DNA of 64,000 nt, from NCBI GenBank assembly GCA_001949185.1, contig BDGG01000014.1, forward strand, positions 713,378 to 777,377, in the 5' to 3' direction. Position numbers and translations under genes: made by a program. The notes below the pieces were generated by a model. It saw only the letters and a program-made list of their open reading frames with translations. It was not told the DNA's origin and ran no database searches. Shown in pieces: positions 39,001 to 51,879 of this stretch. Every line of letters begins with the position of its first letter. Position 1 is the stretch's first letter. Origin of the DNA: Ramazzottius varieornatus (lineage: Eukaryota > Animalia > Tardigrada).

Positions 39001-39925
39001 AGTCCCGGGTAGCAAGAACGCGGCAGACGGGCTAATCAGCGATCAGCTGTCAATCAGTCGAACGTGAGCGTTAAATNNNNNNNNNNNNNNNNNNNNNNNN
39101 NNNNNNNNNNNNNNNNNNNNNNNNNNAGCCCGTCTGCCGCGTTGTTGCTACCCGGGACTGATCCACGCGTACGACAGTGTGCAGGATCGTACATAACGGG
39201 TATCAGAGGCGCTATCAGCTGATCTTACCCGGTAGCGGGATGATCAAGAGCTGATATTAGCTATCCCAAATTTTGATTCGGAAACGGCCCAATTTCTTCA
39301 AAAACTGATTTGAAACTTTTAGCCGTTGCGGAATTCACACAAGATGTACGGTGACATGGCCAGGAGGTCAAAAGTACCACCCATCGGCAGATGAGCAGAG
39401 CTTAGAGGGTATCTACTCAGAATAACGCTTGACCACAATGCCAATCATGAATATCGCGTTGCCAAAATGTCCACCGAACCCAACTTTCAGTGAATCAAAA
39501 AAGGTCTACGAAGTGCAACCTCACATTGTCACCGTTGCGACGTTCCAGTTTCTGGTCAATTGTTGGAACTGCATAAAGTCCGTTGTGCATACTGTGAAGT
39601 TCAAAATCTTAATGTCAGGGTGCACGCCATCAAGAACCAACAGTAAAGGATACAGTACATGAGCTCTTGATTTACATGGAGAAATGAAAATAATCATGTC
39701 ATTCGGACGTCTCTTCGCCGAATAGAAGAATTCCGCTCCCAGCCCAGCCGAATAGGCGCTCATGGATTCACACGTGAACAGGTCTTTGCGTGCAATGATG
39801 ACCAGTTCCATGTGGATGGTATCGTTGAGCACCTTGTTAACCGTAGCAACGCCTGCCTTGAAAGCCGGTAACGTCATTACGTACAAATAGGGCGCGATGG
39901 TGACAACTGTCACATTGATAGCCAT
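36062..39925 (-). CDS. Single-pass receptor with natriuretic-peptide/guanylyl-cyclase (ANF_receptor) ectodomain and short cytoplasmic tail
   Basis: Spliced exons give LTRNWNV, ADRKKYPT, HYNWTTV, AAYGSVLMFAQ, NRTFYLPTGDISITSGGER, PPANVPSCGYRGDHPRC, one TM helix, then ~35 aa ending at TGA 36064-36062; signal-peptide exon not resolved. Confidence 0.75.
36848..37538. mobile_element. Intronic non-autonomous element
   Basis: Short TIR CAGTACCGGGACA / TGTCCCGGTACTG; TSD degenerate. Confidence 0.5.
38770..39404. mobile_element. Intronic foldback (long inverted repeat) element with 50-N gap at centre
   Basis: 38770-39030 is the reverse complement of 39127-39404; inner ~110 bp nearly perfect. Confidence 0.85.
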
Positions 39926-40874
39926 GTCTAGATCTCCGTAAGTTCACCAGTTTGCATTTTCAGGAAACACGTCCGTGTTAGAATGACCCGTCTAATTACG
40001 GTCCAACAGTAGTTACACAAAGATTCCGACACATAGGCCGTTTCCCGTCTATACGCTGTTGGGACGTCCAGAAAGGCTGGCTGGTTTTATTCCTAGACTA
40101 TTATATACGAGTATCGTAATCCACTTCACTGCGATAATATGACTCCTCAGCAAGAACCGAATCCCCAGATAACTTGGACGCATTCGTTCATGGACATACC
40201 TGCCGATAAGGATTCATCGATTACAGCTACCACTGTCGCTAATAACACTTATTAAAACGAGACCTTGTCTTTTTCTCTTTGTCCGCGTTTTTGTGTCTGC
40301 TTCGATGTAATGCCCTAGCGATACTTGTACTGTATAGTGCGATGATCTGACGGGCTCCACGTTTTTGTTCGTGCCCCTCTTGTGTGATTCCACCCCATTA
40401 TCATCCAGGGGGCAATTTACTGCATGGCCGCAGTGCCTATCCTGTAGCAGTACCAGTCCTCCAGCTGTACACAGTAGCGCCTGCGTTATTCGTGCACTGG
40501 ATGTGCAATTTTGGTGCATCTTTTTTGTCGTCACAAACATGAGCTTTAGGGATCAACCAGGGCTGTTTCCGTTTCCACCCTGATGACTCAACAAAAACCA
40601 AAAAAACCCTCATCAATAACCCTTTTTCCGGTGGGAAACTTGAGGTAGCGCTCAGGGTTGCCCTGAAAATTTAAAGTGCTGACGTCAAAAAATTTTACTC
40701 GAAAATTGCACATCCAGCGCATGAATAACCGCCGCCACTGGCTGTACAGCACGCCAATATTGAAAAGATCAAACAACGAGTCGATCACTGACGTTGTTCG
40801 ATCGGTGACGTTGTTTGATCACTGATTGGAGCACAGGCAGAAAGACTTCAGCCACTCATGAATCGCACAACTGA

Positions 40875-43246
40875 CAAGGGATTAACGCTAATCGGTTCCC
40901 TCTGACGAGATTCAGGATGCGCAGTCTTAATCAGGACAGTTTCCTCCACAGATTGAGCTAAACAAAAGGTCCTAAAAGAAATCCTGAAATTAATAATGGG
41001 AAGAGGAAGTTAAGTACAAGTTTGCCGCTGGTGACGTAAACGGCATGGCTAAATCAAAACGTTTGATTGTTCGGTAGTTGATTTGCCTTTGATTGAGTGC
41101 TGCTCTGTACTGATCTTTTTCAGCCTTTAGGTGGCATCTTTTTTAAAAACTCACTCAATCTTTGCAAGAGTCTTCCGTGAAACATGGACGCCGTCAACCC
41201 AATGAATGTTCTCAAGCTTCTCGAAGTGGATTGTAGACAGACTTTCCAGCTTGACGATGCCCCAAGTGAGGCTGATAAGCTGTTGAAGGAAGTCCTCAAG
41301 GGTAAGACTGATTATGTAGCTCAAATCGAAATTATTGCTAAAAACCATGTCGGAAGTTGGTAATAACCTGTCACTGTCTAGGTTTAATTGACGAGAAGGT
41401 TGCAGGAACTGACACACCTCTACGAGCAATCGAAGATCTCCAGTGTGATCTGCAAATTGATCATGCAACGTTCGAGGGTTTTGAGAAGTCTATCATTAGC
41501 TTCAACTTGTTGAGCGCTCCTGACGAAGCGGAGTTCGATGACAACGTGACGACCGAGCCTTCTTCCAGCGGCACTGAACCTTCCTCATATGAACTGTTCG
41601 TTCCAAAGATTCCAGATCCAAGAGCCGAACCCAGTCTGATGATTGACTTGGACTATAAGAAACGTTCGGTTGCGTTTTGGAGAAACGCGACTTCGAAAAA
41701 ACGACGCAGTCTTACAGCAGTCCAAAATCGATTTACAAGAGTAACCAGTGTCCTTCAATTGCAAGATTGGGAGAAGCATGTGGAAGCGGGTGGTTCACGT
41801 ATGGACAAGCTGAAAGGGCTTAGACTGGAAACTGGGAAGCAGTTCTTTTTGGCGAAGAAGAAGAAGCATGTGGTCAAGGATCTGGATCGTCGTCGATAGG
41901 CATTTACAGCAAATCAGGCCGTGGGTTTGGAGGGGTTCAAAGCGTCCCCTGACTTGAATGGAAAACTAAAACGGTATATTTTCATATCAGTTTGCAGTGA
42001 TAGATTTGTTATCTATCGTTAGAATTAAGCAGTTAATTAATTATTCCAGGTATTACAGTATTTGCGATCGAGAGATCGCAAAGTTTGTGACTGAAAAGTC
42101 CATCAAGGAACTTGGAAAGGTGAAACAGAGCGCCGCCGACTGTGTAGCTCTCGTCCGATCAAGGATCGTAGATTACGGACTGGACTGTCTGTGGAATGCG
42201 GATCAGTCAGGTTTCGAAAATGAGATGAGACCTGGTCGTACGTTGGATATTTGTGGTGTTAAACACGTGGAAGCTATAACCCAGTCCGAAAACTCATAGT
42301 TACACCGTAATGATGACTGTTTCTCCTGGAACTCGGAAGTTTCTTCCAAAGCTTTTTCTGACGTTGCAAGAACCAAGAGGAGTATTTGGGCCAGTTGTAA
42401 CTCGCACGATGTTCGAAGCTGAAAATTTGTACGAGACGGGTTCAACATCACGAAAGATGACTAAGCTCTACTTGAAATGGTGTGCTGAGGTCTTTTTTCC
42501 TCATATGGTGGACCGGTGCATTCTGCTGGCTGATTCCTGGACGGCTTTCAACGATCAAGACTCGGTGATGGAACTCAAACCTGACAACTTGGAATACGAA
42601 ATGCTTCGAATCCCACCGAAAGTGACCGGAGGTATGCAGCCTCTCGATGTTCTGTTTTTCAGAATGTACAAAGGATTCTTCAAAAAGATTTCTAACTTTG
42701 TGATTCTGCACAACCTACCTATCCAAATGCATCACAGGGATGTAATACTCAAATTACATTCGTTAATCTATCAGCAGTTCCAGTCTCCTAGAATTGAGAA
42801 TCTTGTTCTCGCATCTTGGTACGAATCCGGATACACAGATGAATGTATTAGATACGTCAACTCTGCCGAGTTTTGCTTCGATAAGTTGACTAGTCATTGC
42901 TTCCACCGAAACTGTAAAAACACTGTCATATTAATTTGCGGTTGGTGCAAGGGTCCTCTTTGCTTCTCCCTTTTCTACGATGTCTACCACCTCTGTGAAC
43001 TATATATTCCTTGATTTGTATTGACACTTGGCAGAGTTTTTCACACAGTGAGGACTGTAGATCAAAAAGCAAGATTGCCGTTTACATCACCAGCGGCAAA
43101 CTTGTACTTAACTTCCTCTTCCCATAATAAAATTTAGGATTTCTTTTAGGACCTTTTGTTTAGCTCAATCTGTGGAGGAAACTGTCCTGATTAAGACTGC
43201 GCATCCTGAATCTCGTCAGAGGGAACCCATTGGCGTTAGTCTCTTG
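40875..43246 (+). mobile_element. Tc4/Tc5-type (pogo superfamily, DDE_1) transposon with interrupted, intron-containing transposase
   Basis: ~170-bp TIRs starting CAAGGG; TGA TSD in CTGAG target; LWNADQSGF, LLADSW, IPPKVTGGMQPLDV motifs, C-terminal Cys/His cluster; stop at 41897, frameshift near 42300; intron ~41975-42049. Confidence 0.92.
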
Positions 43247-43589
43247 TGAGTGTCAGTACGTAAAGTGTGCCTGCTTGTTGCGCCCACTATGAGATGCGGA
43301 TTTGTCACGCACCATGTTACAAAAAATCTAGCGGCTACGCGTGCGGTACACCCGTACTAGAGGAAGGTTTCATGTTTTTTGTCGCCGTATGTAGCCGCCA
43401 TATCTGTGACGATATGGTGTTCACCGTTTGACAGCCCCGAAGCGAGCCGAGATTCAGTAAAAACGTAAAGCTTGTTATTAGGGACAACAATGAGAAGATA
43501 GCTGACATCGCTGAAGTGATCACTGGACTTTTAGGCATTGACTGATCGCTAATTATCACGTTAAGACCTCACTTTAAGACACTTTAAGA

Positions 43590-45230
43590 CCACAGCAAAT
43601 TCCGCGTCAGAATTCGGACACAGTTGCGGTATAGGGTGGCAGCACAGTGCGTTCCATCTTACTCACACTGAAGTTGATACCGAACTGCAATTTCTCTCTG
43701 CAGCATCTTCTAATATCGCGGTTTAAGCTTTACATGCCAGCTGAGCTTCCCATGAAGTTAAGTTTTGCCCTGATTGACATCAGCACATCCACATAGTGAA
43801 TGGTCATATCAGAGCGGAAAAAAGGACCAATTATCCTTGATAGTCCAAACAAAAACAAAGAATAGTATTTATCAGAATCTGCACCCGACAACTAAACTTT
43901 GCGAGCCTTCTTGATTTTCTCTTTCAGAGGTCGTGAAGAGGCCTTCCGTTTCGATGCTGTAGCAGCTTTCTTGGCGTCTTTTCAGCTTCTTCTTTTTCCA
44001 GTTCGGCGATGAAGCCAGGATGGGTAGTCAGGGCACCAGCAGCCAAAGAAAGCTGTCTGTTTTTTTACGCGACGCAGCTTTTTTTTAGCTGAGTCCCAGA
44101 AGCATTTCCACAAGGTAAAATGGAGACGTTCGTTTTCATTTCCGTCGAATTGGGACGGAATCTGCTTAGCACCTTTCCTTGCCACCACACGATCAAACAT
44201 CTCCGATGTGCTGAAAGCAGTCTCGTCTAGGTTCCACACCTGCTCTGGTCGATCGAGGAATCCTCTGTCATGTAGAACTCGCAGCTTGGAAATGTATTCC
44301 TCACAGCGCTCCGTGGTCCACTCTCGATTCTTCTTTCTGTTGAAGGAATGCGTGACACGGAGTGATATTTCTGGGTGGCGCTTGAGGAAGCGACGGAAGA
44401 AACTATCGCCGACAGTATTACACTTTAGTCCTGAAATTGTACGAAAAAACAATAATAATCGTTTTTCACATGCGTTAGATTACTGATATAATTGTGGAAA
44501 CACCTAGCCCAGTGGCGACTTAAGAGAACAGCTGCGAGCAGTGGTATCGGTTCAAAGGGATGCCTTGATCGCTACAGGATAGTAGAGAGTCAGCAATACG
44601 GTCTTCTTCCCAGGAAGGAAACTTAGTTGGAGCTCCGACTCTAGTTGGTTCTGGATTCTGTGTCCGGTTTCTCAGTGTTGCACGGCTAACTCCATGCAGC
44701 CTCGCAGCACCTTTGAGGCTCTGCCCATTCTTCACATCGTGGAGAGCTGCATCCATCGATAGCTTCTTGAATAACTGAGATGCTGTCTTCAGCTTAGATA
44801 GGGAAGGCATGGTTGGGAGATGGAAATATCACACAAAGGGAAGGATAAAGTAATTGGAAAATTGACAATGTGGTATTGCATCAGACCATGTCGACCATGC
44901 GAAATTACGTCAAGTAGGCTTCAAGCTGCCTATCAGTTGTAAAACCCAGACCCATGTTAAAACCAAGTTTGTGACGTATAGCAAATTTTTAATCGCGACG
45001 CCTCACTCACCTCGATTTTGTAGGCTTCTTAACATTAGGAAGACCCTTCCCTTTTTGAGACCTCCTTTAACGAGCTCTGACCATTCGATGTTCTTGAGAC
45101 TACAAAGTGCGATAGATAAAGGGATCGTCTATCTTGAAAACCAAACATAAGGTCAATCTATCCAGTAACTACGCTGAATAACTGTGTCCAAATTGTGACG
45201 CGAAATTTGCTGTGTCCGAATAATGTCCTC
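43590..45230 (-). mobile_element. Internally deleted pogo/Tigger-like transposon
   Basis: HTH_psq (SLKGAARLHGVSRATL), CENP-B HTH (FFRRFLKRHPEISLR), first catalytic D (VWNLDETAF); inverted repeat CACAGCAAATTCCGCGTCAGAATTCGGACACAGT at both ends, left terminus truncated. Confidence 0.85.
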
Positions 45231-45990
45231 TACCTCGTACGAAAATAAGTCATCGGGGAAACAGAGGCGCTAGAAAAAATGATGTTTTGTACTAATGATA
45301 GAATCAGTAATTTATTACAGCATATGTACAACATCATGATAGCAAAAATCCTATGGATCTGACAGCCGAGTGTTCACAGGACCTCGTAAAACGTCATTGA
45401 CATATATAGGGAGCCTTCTGACATGGCTGTGCCCAGCAGCGGCGGCTGTGCTCAATTAAAGATGCGCTGTTTTAGTCGTTGATCGATCAGGCCTCTTGGA
45501 CTAGTGCTGGATAGGCACTAATGGCTGGTACTCTGTTAAATCTTTTGGAACCTTTTTGGACCAGACGCTATAAGGTTGCCGATAAACTGAGTGAACCATC
45601 GTGCTTCAGTTGACCACCAAGTTCGATAACAGGTTTCTCTGAATTGCAATGACTGGCGCCTTACGTGAACGGTACCGTGGAAATTTGGCCTGTCGTTCCC
45701 ATGAACTTCACAGACGGAATTTTCCGCAAGCATAATTTTCAATTTCTCAACCTGGACAAGCACACGCTGATTCCATCCCCGACCTGGAGAGCTCAGAGAT
45801 TGCCACATCTTGATTTTCAGTAGGAATACAGACCGTAAAATTGGGGCCTATCGGTCCAGGAGGACCGATTGGCTCGAGAGTTCAAGACGGACTTTAAGAG
45901 TTTTAAGCAAGAGGTGTCAGAAAATTATGCGAGATGTAACAAAAAAAGAAGTTGATCACTTGTTTCGACATGGAAGAGCGGGAAAATACT

Positions 45991-47957
45991 TCATGGTAGA
46001 ACCAGTTTGCCATTGCTGTTGCACAGAGCTCTAACAAACGCCAGCTGTGAAAGATCGCAGAATGACCGAACTGTTCCACTGGCTCCTAGAGTCAATGTCG
46101 GTTGACCGGCACCGAAGAAACTGCTACCCCCACTGCCACCCCCAGCCATGAGGGAGGACACTGCATTGACCTGTTCGACTGCAACCTTAAACGGCTCGGT
46201 GTTATCGGACGCGCAGTCTTCGCAGCGGTAGGAAACGACCAAGTGTACCACTCGTGCTTGCTGGGGACCACAAGGCCGCCGTAGGGTATTGGAAGAGACC
46301 TCTATCAGGCACTGGCTGGCCGACTGCTTGGCGCAGGTGTTGCGCACCATGGGGATGGCATTCAGGGCGGTGGGACAGGTGCTGGCGCAATCGGCGTCTG
46401 AACCCAACTGGCAGAGCTCTTTGTAGGTGGCGTCATAGATTCGAAGAGAGCAGGTTTGTGGGCAGGTCATAGTTAGAATAGAGTTTTCTGGAGCCAGAGC
46501 TACTTCCATCACGGTTGAGGACTGAATCGGTTGTTGCGCGCTGGCCATCTGTAAAACAAGCACGTGGTAATGAACAGACAGACATTTTTGCTATCACTAT
46601 CCCACATACTCGTATACTACAGAATGTCTGTGGAGGGACTGTTTATATTCTAAGTGAAAATCCGGACTCGATAATACAGTTCAACCAACAAAGGAACGGT
46701 TTTCTGAGCTTGCCGGGAATCTTTGAGTTTTGCTCCAGTGTTACCACAGATCAGACCTTTGGCCAACATTTATCGAGCAGAAGACTCGGCGAAATATCGC
46801 TCCTCCTACTTGGAAAAATTTTGACATGAACGGCGCTCACTGTGTCCATTACAATAGCACGGGGGCGAACGGCCCTGTATCCTTGTGGAAACGGAGGGCG
46901 TCACAAAAAACTAGATTTTAGCTTGAAATTCACTTCTTCTTTTAAAAGAAAGAGACTCGAAACTGCAAGTCATCGATATCTTTCAAAATTTAAAGTCCGA
47001 AGACCGACACTTCGAATCGGGAAAACATATTTTTGGAATTCTCAAGCAGAGTTGTTCGTGAATCATGGTACGCTGCTAACATTTGTGGCAGTGACTCGTT
47101 ACATCCAGCGAAACAAAGGAGCAAGCAGCATGGCTAAACTTTTTGTACAATAGTAATCAACGGAAAACCAACACACTAAGTTTCGAAGTGTCGGTCTTCG
47201 GACTTCAGAATTTTGAAAGATAACGATGATTTGCAGTTTCCAGTTTCCTATTTTTTGAGAAAAATTCAATTTCAAGCTGAAATTTGGTTTTTTCGACGCC
47301 CTACGTTTCCACAAGGATACAGGGCCGTTCGCCCGTGCAGTAGCATACTTCCCCGTCACAGACGTAGGTCTGCCTTTCCACCAGATCTGATCGCCGATGA
47401 AACTGCCGACAACAGAGAACTTCTAGAGCTACTTCAGACGGATTCGGCTGTTTGAGGGATCAAGGAGACACCTTTTTGATATTTTGTTTCGAGAAACCGA
47501 TGATGATGCCGCTGTTTGGCGGCGCCTAAATGGCAACGAACCACGAAAATTGGGCGGAAATTGAAAAGCTTGTTTTCTTGATCTGAAACAGCAGAAACCG
47601 TCTGAAGTAGCTCTAGAAGGGATCTGTTGTCGGCAGTTTCATCGGCGATCGGATCTGGTGGAAAGGCAGACTTACGCCCGTGACTAGGAAGTATGCTATT
47701 GTAATGGAAACAGTGAACGCCGTTCATCCCAAAGTTTTTCCAAGTAGGAAGAGGGGTATTCCGCCGGGTCTTCTGCTCGATGAAAGCTGGCCAAGGATCT
47801 GTTATGTCGTATAGAAGCGCAAAACTCAAAGACTTTGGGTGAGTTCAGAAACCGTTCCCTTGTAAGTGAAAGAGTTACAACCTACCAGCGCTCCTTGCGC
47901 GGTCAAAATTGCAAAAATCCATATCAGATTGGAAGTCGGCCAAGCGAGGTAGAGCAT
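45991..47957 (-). CDS. Secreted SUEL/Gal_lectin (rhamnose-binding-lectin-like) domain protein, ~209 aa
   Basis: Signal-peptide exon 47957-47886 (MLYLAWPTSNLIWIFAILTAQGAL) spliced phase 0 to 46548-45991; Cys pattern LTMTCP..LRIYDATY..C..C..VRNTC..CLIEVSS..PC..HLVVSYRC; 3' end could involve a further exon. Confidence 0.7.
46689..47862. mobile_element. Tc5-type foldback MITE in lectin intron
   Basis: Long imperfect TIRs CAAAGGAACGGTTT... / ...AAACCGTTCCCTTG followed by TAAG. Confidence 0.8.
46857..47338. mobile_element. Second foldback MITE nested in the left arm of 46689-47862
   Basis: ~160-bp TIRs GCACGGGGGCGAACGGCCCTGTATCC...; flanks AATA/AGTA; host arm resumes collinearly afterwards. Confidence 0.8.
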
Positions 47958-49159
47958 GATGAGTAAGAATGCATGTATGACCGGACACAACGTTAGCGAA
48001 TAATCTTCCGTTGGATAAATTCCAGGATGCTGAAGTTTAATGTCTCGGACGGGAGCATTGCTACGTTGAGCTTGATGCGCATGTTGGGACGAATAACGAA
48101 TGAATACTGGCTAGGCTTGGTGCCGGCGTGCACTTCCGCCAGACGAGCGGCATCGACGAACGCTCGAGAAGCAAGGAAAAGCTAAAGAAAAGGTGTGTTA
48201 GCGGCAAGAACATCAAGTCTAGTTGTTCGGTGTGTTTACTTTGCTACGAAGAGCCATGTCAACAATTTACGTAACCGCGGAGGGTGGGTCAAGACGTCGA
48301 CGTGTGGAACTCCTTGTTGCACCTTGTCTTTGTTGACACAAGCGCGCTCAACTTCGTCTAGTCGCAAAACCAAACATTACACCTCAGCGAAAAGAATATC
48401 TGTATGCAAAGTACTGAACACTGTGTTCCGTGTTTCTTTTGTGACTAAGCTCACTGAGTGAGGTTGCTACGTAAAAGAAAAGTGCTGAACAAAAAAATGC
48501 GTCACTTTTCTCGGTTTAGTGGTTCACAGGAATGTACTATCTGAAATAGAACCAGTTCATATCACAGAAAAATGCACATGTGAGAGGAACAATTGCAAAC
48601 TGGTTCCGGTTCTCTATCCAAGGTCTGCAGTTTCACCAGTACGCGAACATTCTTCATGCCAACTGCCCACTTACTACCCACAACTGCGTGCCCACACTGC
48701 CTACAACTGCCAACTGCCCATAAAGTCCGAACGTAGTTATAGCTTGTGTGCAGAAGTCTAGAAAGAACCATTCCGTGTCGTCAACAGACTCGTCCCTGTA
48801 CACACTTCTCATACGTGTCCAAGGAAGAAATTTGGTGCATCTCTCAAAGAACACGTACACATACGACGGGTAATTTGGGACACTGAAAATTATGGTACAG
48901 GCGGAATGGACGGCAAATTTACAACCTTAACTGCGAGCCAGAAATGAAAATCGAGCGTATGACGTAACTCCGTCAAATTTTGACCGTAGAAAGTTGTCAT
49001 GGACAGTGCCTATCGGCCGACCGGCTGTTCGACTTTTGCGCTTCGAGGCTACGGATTGTTCATTTACTTTCTTCCACTTCCAGCGACGCTCTCGGATATC
49101 GTTCTCTTCAATGTCGTTTCTGTAAGCGTCTTTCCATAATGTTCTAACCCTTCAAGACC

Positions 49160-49262
49160 AATGAACCTCGACAGTACACCGAAAAGGCCTTGAAGGACGC
49201 GCTTTCTGCTATCGGGAATGGAATGGGACTACGCGAAGCAGCTCAACCTTTCAAAGTTCGAT
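49160..49262 (+). pseudogene. pogo-type HTH_psq transposase fragment
   Basis: RQYTEKALKDALSAIGNGMGLREAAQPFKV. Confidence 0.5.
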
Positions 49263-49369
49263 GCATGACTGTCGCCCTGAAGTTAGCTATTATCGTATTG
49301 AGATGACTAATAGTTATCTGCAGATAGCTAATAGCTCAAATTGAACTTAGCTATGTCCACACTAGCCTG

Positions 49370-50084
49370 TAGTACAGACAACAGCCGATTGGGTCACAAC
49401 TCTGTCTCCAAGTTGGCCCGCTTCGAATAGCAGAAAAGGGTTGGGCTTCCATCGCAGTTCGCATGAAAGGTGTAGAGTAGTGACATCAAAGGCGGGTACA
49501 CTCCTGGAAGAGCAGCGTATGAAGCAGCAGGTATGGCCTAGCTAAAAACGCGGCCTCGACCTTTCAGAGAGACAAATGACACAGCAACTCACGTGCCGGC
49601 GCGAGATGGAGCGTGTCCAGGCTGTCTAGAAATTCCTGTGGGTTTCGACCGAGTGCCTTCAGTAAACGTTCACATCCATATTCCTAGTTAGGGTCGAAGA
49701 AGTACAACCAGTTCGAAGTCAATAGCCAGTCGAACAAGTGGGTCTACAACCGGAGTGGACTGACCAACAGTGAATTGATATCGAGTCTCCAGATGACGGT
49801 AAATGGCGCTCCTGTCAGGAGTCTGCAAGGAAGAAGTAAGGATGACCCAGCATGCAGAGCCACTGGCTGTGAAGATGAGAGGGAAGCCCTGTCATATATA
49901 CGTCCTTGGATCCTGTCCTAAAGGTTCCCTGCTGAGAAACGCTACACACAACCGTGTACGATCGATTGTGGCTGATGCTTTCAGGGAAATAAATGGATTA
50001 GAGGTGTATGAAGAAGTTCCCTGTATTGCTATGAACGACACCTCGAAAAGAATAGACGAAGAAAGTCCATTTCGGACTGGGTGA
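49370..50084 (+). mobile_element. 3' fragment of RLE-type non-LTR retrotransposon (NeSL/Utopia/R2-like)
   Basis: VLGSCPKGSLLRNATHNRVRSIVADAFR..EVYEEVPC..SKRID zinc-knuckle and endonuclease motifs; degenerate, 5' boundary approximate. Confidence 0.65.
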
Positions 50085-51879
50085 TTTGGTCAGTGGCCAA
50101 AATTGTTCAGAAATCATTTTTTCATCTGGGGCACCTTGGGACGGTTTGAAACGGCTTACGCAACTTGTGCATCACTCATCGGCCCTGCTTTTGGTCCAAA
50201 GTTCAGAGTGATCGGATGGATGGTGATCAAGTTATGAAACGTTCTGTAAATAGTGGATGGGTTGTTATCAGTTAACTTTGGACCGGGCTAATAATTGCAC
50301 TTTTTTGTTCGGAACGCTAGCGCAGAGCTCCCTAGGACAGTATAATCTGAGACCAGCTACTGTTACAACCCAGAACATTGAAAGTAGTCGGTTTGAGTCA
50401 GGAAGATCGAAAGCTAAAACAAAAAAAGGATGATACAAATAAGGAAACGACGCCTTTGAACGGGAGTGCACATGGCTGGCTGTCGCGGCCACATACTAAA
50501 CGTCCACTCTTTCGCCTGAAACGTAGTGGTAAGCCCGTATGGCTTGCCAAACTCTCAAAAAATACCTCACGCGGACCCTTGTCAAGGTGAAACTGCCCTT
50601 GGTCAGCAGAAAGGGTCAGCAGAAAGGGTGACCAGTGGTCGACGGTGACTTGTGGTTGCGCACAGGTGCGCATTGGTCATGGAATGTTCGTCATCAAAAC
50701 CAACAATCTGATGTTATTAAATCCGTTCCAGGTTCCATAGGAGCCAATCACCCTGTCCCGAATGACTTTTTTGAGATATCATCGTCATAGACCGTGGCAG
50801 AAAGCAAGCGCGAATCGTGAACCCAACAGTCCGGTACGAGGGCGGAGAACAACAAGCCACGGAGGTTGACGAAGAGAAGAGGTATATTTACGAGCTGTGT
50901 GTATCTAACCTGAAGGAAAATATTGAATGGACGAAAACGAAGTGAAATTGATGGGTCTCTACGTTAAAGCAAGTGAAACAATCTCGAGTTTCTTTGTAGG
51001 TTTTTTCCAGAAGATTTTCTTCGTCGAAGGACGTGATGCATCGCGTTGAGACAGCCGCACTCAAAGGCTCGTGTAGTATTTTGCGTAACCACCTTTATTG
51101 GCAGCAGCCCGTTGCTGCGGTCTGCATGTGAATCACTCTCGATATGGTACATCTCTTTTTAGACTGGCAAGATTCATGCTGTGGAATCCCTTCTGCAGTG
51201 TCCATGTGGCTAACCAAGGCTGTTGGTCTGTGCAAGTTCGTAATAAAGGATGATTCCTCATTCGATTCCAGAATACTTTCCACAGTCATACCTAAGTACC
51301 AAAATTCATTCCGCTTTACGCTGGCGGAGCAGTAATATTGAAAGATTTTTGGCCAGTTTTTTCTTCAGAGTTCGCCGCGGTGTTCCTTGGCAAACTCGGA
51401 TCGAAGGACTGAATAATATTTCTGCTTTTTTCACGTCGAAAAATACCTCTGTGGAGACAACATCACAAGTGACAGATTCTCCTGACGTATCCTCAATTAT
51501 ACTGCTGTTTAAGTCTGTGTCATGCTGCTTTGCCTGGTGAAAGATCACACTACTCAAGATGATCAAAATACTTGGACATTTTCGACAGATTGCGCTTTTT
51601 AGTGACGACGCCAGTACTTGTATCTTCACTTGGCTCGCGGTTGAGTTTACGCAGTTTGTACCAACTTCAGATCGTACTTTAAGATACCGATCCAGTGGGG
51701 CAGGATTGGGTCCGGGTCCGAATTCGTGCACAGGAATCTCCGGATCGCGGGTGAAATATTTTAAACCTGTGTACCGATCAGGGCATATGCTAAAACCAGG
51801 GCCTGGACTGGATCGGTGGATCCCTGTATCTGGATACTGTATATTGGGGATCATCCAGTCATGCTCGGTAAGTTTTATT

